In this document: piece after piece, positions 35,127 through 47,711 of the stretch
Layout of the letters: each line of letters opens with the position of its first letter
How positions within the stretch are numbered: position 1 is the first letter of the stretch
Assembly: GCF_000485595.1 (NCBI RefSeq)
Contig: NW_014577085.1
Location: forward strand, 70,456-134,455
DNA length: 64,000 bases
Direction of reading: 5' to 3'
DNA from: Priapulus caudatus
Taxonomy: Eukaryota
Program-made: the position numbers and the translations under genes
Notes under the pieces: generated by a model
What the model was told of the DNA's origin: nothing
What the model saw: only the letters and a program-made list of their open reading frames with translations
The model's database searches: none

Positions 35127-35193
<67 letters not shown>

Positions 35194-35201
35194 AATAAAG
35201 G

Positions 35202-35246
<45 letters not shown>

Positions 35247-38200
35247 GGACGGAGGGAGGGAGGGAGGGAGGGAGAGAGAGAGGGAGAGAGGGAGAGAGAG
35301 AGAGAGGGAGAGAGAGAGAGAGAGGAGCTAAAACTAAATGGTGCCACAACAAACACTGGCTGCCCTCATGAAGCATTAAACCAGTTATACGTGAGACTTA
35401 TAATGGTTTGCACATGGCACTTACAGCTGACTTGCACATATGTGTGCGACTCTGACGTTCGTGTCACGGGATCTGCTTCTAGAGAAAGCTGGAGGAAGCT
35501 TGTCACCTTGCAGGTGTAGTTGCCGCCTTGTGTTCTGCAGAGAGATAGTGAGATTACATATAATGCATCTTTGAATAAGAATTACTGCATGGTAAACCCA
35601 AATGTTAATTACCCATTTAGATAAGAGGCTTAGCTGCATACTGTGGCCCAGTCTGATCTTTACAGAGTTGTTAGACTGAAACATAGGAGCAGTCAGTCGT
35701 TTCATTGTATTTTCATTCGGATCACTAACCATGCTTTAATGACCACGAGTGAACCATGAGTTATAGTAATTAAAGAATAAAGAAAACTGTTACATTTCTT
35801 TACCTCTATCCACCAACAGATGGCATCCAGTTTAAGTAAGTTCAGATGCTGATCACTTCCTTACCTCACAATCTTTGCGATCTTCAGCGTGGCGATTTCT
35901 GCAACTCTCAGCCCATCCCTCCACCACTCAATTTTCGCTGGGGCGGGATACGCGTCCACATTGCATGTTATTTCCACGTTACCACCCTCGCTGGTTTCTA
36001 TGCGCTCTGGTGTCTTCACTCGCGGTGCGTCTGCAAGAACACCGTGCACATCAGCCAACCTGAACCAACTTTTACATCCAATGTTTAGAAGTTGGAACAT
36101 TTTAAAAAGTTGTTAGGTTTTACAATTGATCCAACTTTTGCCACCCAGTTATTTTTTTACCTGGTGAGTGGGTGGGCCCAGTAATTTTATGTTTTGCATC
36201 TAAGTCTATGTTCGACCTTGCATCGTCTTACATCTGAACTTGACGTCATGATATACAGTGAGATGATATATAGGATTGTTACTATCAAGAGTGGATAATA
36301 GAGATCTCTATTATCCACTCTTGTTACTATTCATACAATCAATAAGAAACTGCACTTACACTGCACTTCTATGGTGATTTCGGCTCTCCCAGTTCCTAGG
36401 TGATTAGTGGCTTCACATCTGTACACACCTGTGTGGTCCACCGTCACTGGGTTCAATGCATAATCCTGCAGAGGGACGGTATAGCAGATTATTTTCAAGC
36501 ATTTGCTAACACTTGCCTTATTAAACAAAAGACACAGCACCAAGGGGTGCATAGATTCATATCATACCCTGCTACAAAATATATTTTGTGTTTTCAGAAT
36601 TGTTTTGACTCGATGCTTTTATGACTGTTATTTCACACATTGTACAAGTTGGCCTGTGCACGCTCTACGTAGTGCATCTCAAATAAATAATCATTCAAAG
36701 ATTAAAAAAATCGACTTTCCAATCAGCAACACTACAGCATTCACAAAAACAGCATTCGTTAGTAATCGGTAAAAGCTTCGTTTACTCCATTTGCCAGAGG
36801 GAGCAGCAGTACTTGTTAACAGTGCATCTCAATCAGAGCATCACAAAATCAAAACAGGCATCTTGGTAAGTGCGTGCCACAGGCTCATTCTACATTCCCA
36901 TTGTACTTTACAAACGAGCTGAATAGAATAAATTAAGCTCTGTGCGCAGTACCGTACGTACACAGGCTAACGCAGCTACATGAACACAGAGAATGGCAAT
37001 CAATAGTATAAATAATTAATATTTGCACTGCCTCAGGGTTGACTGGAAAAACCATATGCTACGTGCTACATTGGTACGCTATTGCTAGATGCTGTTGGCC
37101 TCTTGCAGTTTACTATGAGAGCATCTCACAGCTGGACGCTGGCATGTGATTAACCCAATCACAGGCAGGGAAACATTGTCGAGGCACAATGCGCTGAACT
37201 TACTCTAACACAGGGAGAGAGAAAAGTGAACGCCTCGGTAAAAACACCCCGTAAGACTACAGTCGCACGAACGTTCACAAATCCGATAAAAATCTCTGGA
37301 AAAGTGAAGCACTCTCGCAGTCGCAATCGACGCCGGCTGCTCAGGTTAAAGGTCGAGTACTCACAAAGGTCGTGTCGGCGAGTTCCGAGCCATCCTTGAA
37401 CCACTTGACGTACTGCGCGGGAGGGTTGGCGTTCACGTCGCAGGTGAGCGCGCTCTGCGAGCCGAGCTCCAGCCGCAGCGGCTTGAACTCAGGCGTCACG
37501 GTCACGTACGGCTGATCTGAAGCCAAGAAACACATCGCACGCGTCACCGACTCGCAATACGCGATCCCGACTAAACGCAAACTGTAGATTTGCGTAACTA
37601 ATCAGTAGTTCGGTTAAAGCGGGAAAAACCAAAACCTGCGCGTTTTCAGACCGCCATTTATTCTCCCCCAAATACCCGACAGCACTGTGGGATACCTAAC
37701 TGGGCATAACTAATATGTGACGGAACGACATGCATTACATCAACACAACCAACCGCATCCACAGTCTTACATTTCTCATGAACAATTCCCTTCCGCTCCC
37801 CCACCCCCCGATGTGGTAGCTGCGACCATGCTCCCTCACCCCCCGATGTGGTTGCTCTGACCATGCTCCCCCACCCCCCGATGTGGTTGCTCCGACCATG
37901 CTCCCCCACCCCCCGATGTGGTTGCTGCAACTGCGGCGCGCTTACATTTCACGCTGAGGCCCTGCTTGATGACCTTCTTGTTCTGCTCGTTGACCTTGTT
38001 GTAGACTTCGCAGTGGTACTCCTGCCGGTGGTCGTCGCGCGACGCCTCGATCGTAATCGTGCTCACCGTCGGACTGTTGACGTTGCCCGCCACGTACACG
38101 CCGTCAACGGACACGCCCTTCGGAGAGTACCTGCGTGAGAGTAGCCATCGGTCAACACGCATCCCTGCTGCGTATACCAGCACGCATACAGTCAAAACTG

Positions 38201-38995
38201 TACGAGTCGCTCAAGTAATGGAAAACCCCTGAGTGTCGTGTACAGAACTTAGGAGAAGTGCCCATTTCAGGGAAGTCGTTTCACTGTATGACTGCCACAC
38301 GGGGAAAACACCGAGTGTTCTTTACATAACTTAGAACAGGTGCCCATGGAGATGGTTTCTCTGTATAATTACTGCACAAGGAAAACGCCAAGGGTGTCCT
38401 TTATTGAGAGATGTCCGCTCTAAAGAGATCCGCTAACACACGTTTAAATGTATACGGATCTGCATCGCTATTTATAAATAACCAGATTTTCACTTACATT
38501 CTACCCAACCATACAAACTTTTTACTATACTTTCCTTAAAAAGAATCCTTCACCCCTTTCACTCAATATATTTTAGGGCCTTAAAACCAAATCAAGCTCA
38601 TTATTTTTAGTACAACAGGTATTTACAATAGGTTTCACACACAATAGTGAGGCACTCACCACACGATGGTAGGAGGTGGACTGCCTCCTGCACTCTCACA
38701 CCGCAGACTCAGCTTGTCGCCTTCGTTTACCGTCGTGCTCGGAGTTACCGTCACCCTCGGGTCACCAGGTGGCGCTAAACACACACACAGATAGTTTATG
38801 CAATTATATATATACAGGGCAGGGGTAAATGACAAATTTTGTCATTATTAACCCCTGATACAGGGTAATACTGTTAGTATGTCCATACCATCTCCTCCCA
38901 GTGTGCACATACTATGAACAGTATACACGCACACACGCATGCTAGCACACACACACATACACACACGCATGCACACACTGTCACACAGTCACACA

Positions 38996-39039
<44 letters not shown>

Positions 39040-41379
39040 CACAGCACCACGACACACACACACACACACACGAACACACACATACTGTCACACACGCACG
39101 TACGCAAGCACGCGCACACGCACACGCACACGCACACTCACACACAACACCAACACACACACACACCTACGTACGCACACACGAACACACACATACTGTC
39201 ACACACACACACACGCACGCGCGCACGCACGCAAGCACGCAGGCGCGCACACTTACTGAGCACGGTGAGCTGCACTGGCTCGCTCTGGTGCACCTTGCCA
39301 GCAGCGAGCTGTGCGCGGCACGAGAAGCGCTGGTTGTCCTCGGCGTACTGCGCGCGTGCGATGCGCAGGTTGTAGGCGCCCGTGTCGCCGTTCGACTGCA
39401 GCGTGTAGCGTTCCAGCTGGAATGTGTCGTCGATGAGCATGCCATCGTAGCGGTACCAGTACCTCCTGCAACACGCAACGACTTGTGTGACACACACATA
39501 CGACGCACCGTAGACGAACCGTAGACGTCAACATACGCCGACCTCGATTGATGATAGTTAATTTAATGTTGGTGTCGTAGCGATAGTATTCATATCCAAT
39601 TTTTTTCGGTTTTACGATGGATCGTATTGTATGCCCATTCAGATTATCTATCAACGTATGAAATGTTGATTCCTAGTCAGGGGTTATTGTAGAATGCCAC
39701 GTAAGACGTACCAATAGAGTAAATCTAGTTCTATTCATATGTGTCTCTAAGCTGCTGATGCTGAACGTTGAACATGCAAGTTGTTCTCCCAACAATCAGA
39801 TTGGAATTATTACCGCCACTAGATGGCAGCACAAGTCAACTCACGGTATACAGCATATCATATGAAGCCACACATAGGTTTACTACAACAACACTAATGC
39901 CATTCGCTTTTCAAAATGCAAGACGAGATAACGAACAAGAATCAAGAAACGCAGTATAACGAAGACTACATTAACAGGCACTATGTATGTAGTTCAGACA
40001 TGGCAATAAACGGTTATGTATACTACTCTTCATTTCTCTAATATACAATATAGAATGTGTACGTGGTAAAAATTATCATTGCATAGCCTCCTTTATTTCG
40101 CGCTTGTATTGAGTCAGACACACTGTCATTAGATGTATAAGAAATGCTGGATATCATCGTAAAAACATTGTATAAAGCAGTGAATAACGTGATGGTTTGC
40201 AATAACAAATCAATATATTTTGAGTGATTCGATATCTTGAAGTATAAATACTGGTATAGTATAGTAGTCGGTGTCAGAAACACTCAAACACACACATGCA
40301 GGCAAGCAGCGAGAATGTCATGAGCAAAATAAAAATGTGTGTCTACACTTACCAGACCATACCATCGGCCACACTAAAACAAGACACATTATTGATGAGA
40401 TAAAAACACTTAGCATGGGTCAATGCAGATTGCATGTGCTGTTTATCTACCACGGACATGTTAAAACGCCAAATATGAACTTGTTGGTCCGTAATCGGTG
40501 TAAGTGTGCCACCGGCTCTAGTACTTTAGCCCTCATTGGCTCTGCCACAGGCAGCCAGCGAGGGCTATAGCACTATAGCAGTCAGTATTCTGCATGCCCA
40601 TATCACAAGGTAATCGACAGGGTCACAGAAATATCACTCTTGCATCGCATATGCGTTTTAACATGTCTGGAATTAATACTGGATGTGAAGGTAAAGACGT
40701 GAAGTATAGTTTCTAGCAAATAGGGAGCCGGGGAAAGGGATGTGATAAACAAGTGAAGGGACGAAATCGATATGGGAAGATCTAGAGAGTTTACTATGAT
40801 ATCACGCGGTACTTCTATTTATTCAATATTTTACTTGAGCACTGAATGCTTAAAATTCTACGCACAGGATATTCTATTGAGACAGACTTCATCAACAGAT
40901 AAACTGACGGTGGGAAAGCCGTAGTAAGCGCAATCTACATATTAATCACTCTTACAAGTCAAGCACCTAATGAACCAACTGATTTCAACCAAATATACGA
41001 CACCATGAATAAACATGTATAAAAACATTCAGGCCTACAAAGCCCTGTAACTTCTAAAGCTGTCAACTGCATGCACACTTTACGCTAGACTAGGTCAAAA
41101 ACACACACGCAGAAACGACGGTCTACACAAACAGTCGTACAAATCTAACACGCCATTAGCAAAGTGCTAATTTGACACTCAACTTCCGAATCGAGTTATG
41201 TTTTTCGACAAGTACGCAGTTCAGCATTAATCCGACACGGTGCATTTCTCCACCATTATTGCATACATACTTGGCGCTCTTGACATTGAAGACGGTGGGG
41301 TCAAACTGGCATTCCAACGTAACGTTTCCACCTCTCTCGACTTCTTTCGCCACTGGATATTTTAGGAACTGGCAGCAAA
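25828..41379 (-). CDS. ed: Echinoid-like immunoglobulin-superfamily cell-adhesion receptor (7 Ig, FN3 region, TM, PDZ-binding tail), 5'-partial, about 1110 aa
   Basis: Nineteen phase-consistent GT-AG exons in transcript order: 41271-41379, 39257-39465, 38660-38774, 37946-38130, 37365-37516, 36360-36465, 35865-36030, 35425-35534, 34657-34917, 33867-34048, 32871-33054, 32058-32360, 31608-31790, 31005-31240, 29387-29519, 27690-27809 (TM YVLIVIVVLVGVLIIVSVVIIVCCCRRK), 26834-27112, 26472-26600, 25828-25997. Seven Ig C...W...C repeats, FN3 WEPGFDGG/LQPSTQY, juxtamembrane KQDYEME, and C-terminus HVSGLPNPY...ESGYSTPNHPQRKVIHEVIV*, which resembles the arthropod Echinoid tail (ESGYSTPNSRNRRVIREIIV, from recall). 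Confidence 0.9.
28563..28600. mobile_element. 38-bp palindromic micro-element / excision footprint, 7-bp TSD
   Basis: ATATTAT|caagagctcataacagagatctctattatgagctcttg|ATATTAT. Confidence 0.8.
29024..29269. mobile_element. PIF/Harbinger-type MITE
   Basis: TTA|aggccgccgcacaccagccgatttt ... aaaatcggctggtgtgcggcggcct|TTA, with perfect TIRs of about 25 bp. Confidence 0.85.
29730..30998 (+). repeat. About 1.27-kb degenerate minisatellite (ccaccacttccctaccacacactct, about 25-28 bp unit) in an echinoid intron
   Basis: Direct inspection; it explains the long H/T/P-rich ORFs at 29706-31445. Confidence 0.95.
33103..33455. mobile_element. Decayed hAT-like MITE fragment
   Basis: gacccaggattttt...cccccgaaacattttttgaa...cccctttgaatctgcgcatag resembles CAGGGGCGGATCCAG-type MITEs. 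TIRs are heavily eroded. Confidence 0.35.
34440..34645 (+). repeat. 24-bp tandem repeat (gcagtaacgagggtagcctcggca), about 8 units
   Basis: Direct inspection; adjacent to the donor of exon 34657-34917. Confidence 0.9.
35070..35325 (+). repeat. (GA)n/(GGGA)n microsatellite
   Basis: Direct inspection. Confidence 0.9.
36286..36323. mobile_element. 38-bp perfect palindrome / excision footprint, 7-bp TSD
   Basis: TTACTAT|caagagtggataatagagatctctattatccactcttg|TTACTAT. Confidence 0.85.
37795..37926 (+). repeat. About 35-bp tandem repeat (ccaccccccgatgtggttgctccgaccatgctccc), about 4 units
   Basis: Direct inspection. Confidence 0.85.
38189..38450. mobile_element. Decayed Tc1/mariner-type MITE
   Basis: TA|cagtcaaaactgt ... 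gagatgtccgct...acacgtttaaatg|TA, with internal subrepeats of about 85 bp. Confidence 0.5.
38820..38857. mobile_element. 38-bp palindromic micro-element, 8-bp TSD
   Basis: ATACAGGG|caggggtaaatgacaaattttgtcattattaacccctg|ATACAGGG. Confidence 0.75.
38920..39250 (+). repeat. (CA)n/(GCAC)n compound microsatellite
   Basis: Direct inspection. Confidence 0.9.
40353..40416 (-). CDS. Candidate alternative first coding exon (signal peptide) of the echinoid-like gene
   Basis: ATG at 40416 encodes MLSVFISSIMCLVLVWPMVWS, followed by G|gtaagt (consensus donor, phase 1). Confidence 0.55.
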
Positions 41380-42062
41380 CTGCAAAAAAAACACGAACGC
41401 ACTTTAGCACAGACGGAAACGTTCTAAAAAAACGTTTTTTGCACGCGCAGTTACAATATTCAAGACGGTTTTTAAGACGGACCCATTAGCAGTGCTAAAA
41501 CAAGAACGCCTACGCTACTTCGATTAATGCACGCCTGGCTGAGCGACAAGAAAGTCAGGCATGTGATGCAGCCCAGCATCCTCTAAATATTGAATAACCT
41601 AGCCTGGAGACGAAAGTGCAAACGCACGGGGCAATGCGCCTCGGCTAACGCAGGGAGAGCATTCTATGTACCTACAACGCACGAACACATGTCACAACAA
41701 CTACTTGCCCGGTTGGTCTGATACTAAGCGACAGTCAGTGGCACAGATGAGCGCGCAATACAATGGAGTGGTTCGTTGCAATGCTGCAAGCGCACTCGTT
41801 CCCACCGATCGTGTTGACCACCGCGTCACCATCGACCTGAGCCTACGGTACCACCCCGGGGGGTCGGTGTGTATGGGGGGGGGGGTGCGCTACTGGTCCC
41901 CCCCAGGGGTGAGGCCGACCGTGTCCTGTCACATGCAATTACCAGACAGCTGACGCTACGGAACCAGAGCGACGCGTCAGAATGTTGCTACTGTCAGCTA
42001 TTTCATTGCAACATGGCAATTTTTCTACCATCATCAGCGAAAACCAGTGTGATACATCGTAC

Positions 42063-42094
42063 CAGAAGTAGATAATACTAGTTATCTACTTCTG
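42063..42094. mobile_element. 32-bp palindromic micro-element / footprint, near-perfect 7-bp TSD
   Basis: ATCGTAC|cagaagtagataatactagttatctacttctg|ATCGCAC. Confidence 0.7.
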
Positions 42095-45000
42095 ATCGCA
42101 CCGATACATGGTCCGAAGGAAACATAATGTGAACCTGTGAACCATGTGAGCCTGAATGATAATCGAACCGCACCACTCGTATACTTTTATGCGCTTCCCA
42201 TTTTCCCCGCGACAAGACAAATGTTGCTTTCTATTAGCAAAGTGCTGACAGTTCTAGTAACTTCATGTTATGTATGTATATATATATATATATATGAGTT
42301 GCAATGTATTTATTTATAACGTGTTTATTATCACCGAGTCTTCTAGCTTAGTTTGATAGCTACAATACAACGGCTAAAATAATGACAATAAACGTAGCAT
42401 GGGGATAAATAGCTGTCGCTGTATCGCATGGTGGAATACAATCCACGTGCTCACCAAATGCTGATTGAATTTATTTCCTCATTTCCACAAAAAAAGTAAT
42501 CCTAAAATTACTACTGTCGACTAGACACTGTTGACAGGGCAAAAATGCGGATGAAACTACAAAAAAAAAATGTGTACCTTGCAGGCCAGACCACTGTAGA
42601 TGCCTTATATTGCTACTGATGTGTATTTAATAACAGCCGCGCTTACAACAAGATTATTGAATGTCCCCAATAATAAACAACATACGTGAAACATTCGACC
42701 ACCGTGGAATAAATACAAAGGAACAACGTGCACGAACGAGCTTAGCAGACAGGGATGAAAGATACGATAACGTAGGCCCTACAGAACGAACATTTACCCA
42801 CACACATCTGGGCGAGATCCGTCAGATGTCAAGCAGGAACGCGTGTCGCGGGGCTGGCACACCTGGCACAGGTAAAGAAGCGCCACGCACCGACACAGAT
42901 CGCCTGTGATACTTACGTCTGCTCCAGGCACCGAAAAGATTTCGTGCGACGAGAAAACCAAAGCACGCCCGGCACACACAATCATTCGGAGACCTTGCGC
43001 GGGTGATAGGTTAGGGTTGGGATAATACCTGGCAGAGACAGGTCAACTTTAGAGGTAGGTGGGCGGGCACGTCTAGTCACCTTTATGCACGGCTACCATG
43101 GTCCTACGGCATTATGAACGCCACATGCAGCTCTCTAATGCAAAAGCAATCTGGTTAAACATGGGTTAGGGCTTGCAGCGGGGCAGTGAACCTCTGCTGC
43201 ATAACAATGTCACTAATGGAGTATTCTAGAATGGCTATGCGATAGGTCAACAAGGTGTCTCTACCAACATTACCCTGAGAGACAATATTTTCATTTCTTT
43301 CTCCTTGCGTTTCTAAACCCTCCGGCCACAAATAAAATACATTAGCGAAGCAAAACGTGCCAGCGTTTACTAACAGGTCTCCTATATTTGAATGGCTTGT
43401 AAAAAAGAGTCTAGAACACGTTTTGCACGACGAGAAAGTTGAAAGTTTTTGTTTTAATAATGATACGAAAGCTTGCACTCTGAACCTATAGGGAAATAAA
43501 TTTAAACTCTAATAACTACATACGATGACACGTAATGAATCATGGAATGATACATTAATCAGTAAATCAACTTGCCGGAGATGAGCGCACGTAGATAAAA
43601 CAACGCCCAGGGGACGTGACATAACGGAAACAATACCTGAGCCAACAAAACAATTCCAGCCGGCCGAAAATGTAAATTTAAAATGCACAACGTAAACCGC
43701 GCACAGACGGGTAATTCTAGAGAGGCAATTAAAAACACTTTAAAAATTCAAAAACAGGAAATTCATATCGAAAGTCATCAGTCAAAAACCATTGACGATA
43801 CCTCGTAATTTATTTAACCGGTCAGCCACATAGACAACTATAGCAGCTGTGTGCGACAATATGAATCCATGAATATTTGAACAGGATGTATAGGCCACAT
43901 GATAAAAAATTCGAGAAACCGGCTAGCTAAATTATAGCAGGTAATATAAAATTTAATGACCATCCACAAGCCCGTGGGCTTGAATAAAATCTTTATGTGG
44001 ATCACTATCATCAATAAAACATCTTCGTTGTAACAAAAAAGTTACATGCAAAGAAATGCTCGCATTGTATAAAACCGAGCCATGATTTGTTACAACTAGT
44101 TGCTAGTCATTATACATGTAACGAAACGCATAGCAAAACTACCATTATTATTATAGCACGATAGCACGTAGCAACTTCTAGGTACTACTATGGGAAAAAC
44201 AGAAGTGCTCGAATTTATTAATCATAACCGCGAGTGCTGAGTGCCTCACGCACAAGTACACTATAATGCTCACAGACCTTACACAACTAAGTTACCGAAG
44301 CATGAAACGTTGCAAACGAACCTCTAGAGTTCAGTTGCCCCACCATTCATTCACACTACACGGAGCCGCGTATAGGAAGTAACATACGCATAACTGACGA
44401 CAGTTGCTTCTATACAGATCACGCTAGCCCGTACCAGCCCATCACGAAAAACAATATAGAGTTCCACCGCCTAGAGGAATAGAGTACTGATCGGCCCCCA
44501 CCGTCATTAATAAGAGACAACTCTACTGACAATTATGAATCTACTTAATGAGTAAACTAGATTAATGGCATTCGGAAGCAGCTTTTCCTAGTTGCGAAGA
44601 CACACGCTTGTCTGCACACGCACCCAACCGCACGGAAATATTAGGTAATCGTGATTATTAATGAGTAAGTCTGATGAGCATATGCCTCTCCCCCAGCCTC
44701 TCCCCGGATTAACATCAGCCGCTCCCCAGTGACTACCTACGCGCCTCGGCTGCTGGCTGTGCGGTAGAATTATAATGTCTTACTGCGACTGCAACGACAG
44801 AATCAGCATTACATAGGTGCTCATTTAACACCGCTGATCGAATTGATTAACAGAGTTATAAACCCGGTTGGCCACGTTCTATAGGAACAAGTAATTAAGA
44901 AATAGCAGGGTCAGTGAGTATTGGACGCTGGCCATAGGAAAGCGGCGAGGCAGAGAGAGAGAGAGAGAGTTTATGATGCTGGCACCTGGAGAGTGATAGA

Positions 45001-45116
45001 GTGGAACGGTGCCAGAAGAGATGGCGGGAACAACTGCCGTGCACCCTACATTTAAGCTTACGTACGAACACACCAGTACGCATGTCTAAGACGTCCATAT
45101 TGCCTGCACCACTAAT

Positions 45117-45348
45117 TAGGGCAGATGGGGTCGTTGTCGTATCAGGTACTACAGATATGCCTACCCGCATGGTAGTTTTAGGTTGTTAGTATTATGTTAT
45201 ATTTTATATTGAGGTATGTTTAGGGTTAGTGTTAGGGTTAGGGTTAGGTACACTTCTGTAGTACAAGTCTGTACACTTTGTGACTATACATATATGTACC
45301 TCGGGTACATATCTGTAGTACCTGATACGACAACGACCCATCTGCCTA
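45117..45348. mobile_element. Inverted-repeat element with an internal (TTAGGG)n core
   Basis: Arms of about 48 bp (tagggcagatggggtcgttgtcgtatcaggtactacagatatg / catatctgtagtacctgatacgacaacgacccatctgccta) surround ttagggttagtgttagggttagggttagg. Confidence 0.65.
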
Positions 45349-47711
45349 ATAGGCGATCGTGCGTGTAGTACCGACCCGCTGTAACCGTAAGCTGTTTTTC
45401 CTTTTTTACCAGGCATAATGCCAACTTGCTAATGCTCCAATATGGCAAGACGCACGGAACAAAGGAGAGCCGAGGAGGTTTTTCTGGTACAGTACAATGA
45501 TCGCGGACCAGAGCCAAGCACACTGAAAAGGTGACAAGTGGCGTTTAGCCTTACCTTACCCAATTTACCACCTGACTACGTTTGTGTGGACATAGGCCGA
45601 AATGCTGCCCACGGACAACGCGCGGTGCCGGAACACAATCACACACTTGCCCCCCCCCATACGTCTGGCAAAAGCGTCCAGCATAAGACCGCAAGCAGTA
45701 GCTTGGTTTATGCTATACGGATATAACTGAGAGCGGAAGGGCGACGTTCCACGTTGGTGCGCATCTACAGCGCACTCTACTACCACATTATCGAACTTTT
45801 GTGGGTTGGCCATATCGCGCTGGAGTTGGAATGAATCTACGTGCGCAACACCACAAATAAACCTCACATACGTAGGTATTCAGAGTGATAACGTTGCTAC
45901 CCTGTCGGTTACGTTTCACGCACAGCTGGCCGACGGGACGCGCACACGACCACGCACGCACGCACACACACACACACACACGCACGCACGCACACACACA
46001 CGCACACACACACACGCACGTACACACACATTACAACATCGCGCGCGCACACAGCTTGCGTAGGAAGCTCTGTGCTTTTCCATGCTGACAGACAAGGGAC
46101 GGACGCGTCGCTGGAGGAGGTTTGATCAAACGCGTGCTTCTCACGAGCCGACCAGCCACTGATCAGCTCAGCAATGCAGCGAGCACATTCTGCAGGCTAG
46201 GCATGCCGCGTCACTGTAATTGTCGCACTGCGGGGGGCAGGCCGCGCGCGCGCTCGCCCTCACCAAACGACACTTTCATAGCCCGCCGGTTTCAGCACGC
46301 GGCAGGGCAGGGGAGACAAAGCGGGGGATTGTGGGGGGGGGAAGTTGTCACCGCGGCAGCGCTGCTCGTTATCGCTGGCAAGACGCTGGTGCACGCCGCG
46401 CACCACAATGCTCTAATTGAATAAGATGGCGCAGCGGCTGGACCAGCGATACCCTCGCTGCGGCGCCGACGCTCGCTCATAAACTCACCCGACAACTTTT
46501 AATAAGCAATCTCCAATTTTATACCCGCTTATTAGGTCAGCCGAGAACCAGTTTCGCTCGGGTAAAAAAAAATCTACAGCAGCAATGTCCGAGGCTATTT
46601 TCTAGACTGATAAATATAGTGGCTGACGGGGTATACGCATGGGTAGAGATGCGTTTACAATGCGCCATATAATTTCTGGCAATGGTGAATAAACTTTCTT
46701 TTTCGAATACATTACCGAAATTACACATAGCAATCGATTTTTCACAAGATAATTACATAATTACGCAGAATTTCATTAAATATGGAACATAGTTACCATC
46801 CTTTATTCTGTAGAGATGTGAAAGCAGTATTGTGTTATTGTGTATGTACGCACAATAACACAATGTATTGTGTTATTGTGCGTATATATCAGTAGCAGTA
46901 ACAATTGACTCAAAATCGGTGATTTGTGACTCCGCATTTTTAGGATTTCTTATATACGATCGTTTATTACAAAGCCATGTACATTTAAAACGCGTTAACA
47001 CAAAACACTCGCATCTGCAACTGAAGCTTTTAGAAAGCCGAGAGTTATAAAGAACTGACTATAAGTCGCCCACACAAAAGCAATGCAAATCTCGCACTGG
47101 TCTAACGCATTGAAACCTCACAAATAAACTGGGTGAACAGCCTCCATGCGCACTCGCTGCCATTCTATAGTATGTCCGTAGCACAGTTTCGAGCAATTCA
47201 TACCACGGTCTCTCGTATATCCACTTAACGGCAAACGTTCAATAATGAACAGACTGCGTTTAAAGAGCTACTGACTGAGAGATGAAAAGCCACAGCGTTC
47301 GTGGCAGCGCGCAGCAACTGGAGCAGGAGGAAGTAAATGCTCGAGTGCATCATGACTACTGGGGGACAGACACAGATCTCACTTAAGCTCCCGCACACAT
47401 CTGATAGAGTGACACACAGATCCGCACAATATTATTCCAAATAATTTATTAGCGCTTAGCCGTGTCTAAGTAAACGCGTTCGAATATAGGTTAAAAATCC
47501 GCAAAAGCAGTGCCACCCAGAATGAATGAAGACTTGTATTTTCGAGAAAGGCGTTTCTAATCGCCGCTTTTCTCCCACGATTTGCAACCACATCTGTCAT
47601 TCGTGTTTTACGCCGTCGAGTACAAGAATTTCTCGTCCAGCGTGTGAGTAAAACAGGAGAACATAATATCCAGTCCATAAACCATACATTATAGGCTATT
47701 AATAATGTATT

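Noticed and set aside
46828..46884. cacaataacacaat palindrome as another footprint
   Set aside because: No convincing flanking duplication, and a third adjacent arm copy suggests local slippage.
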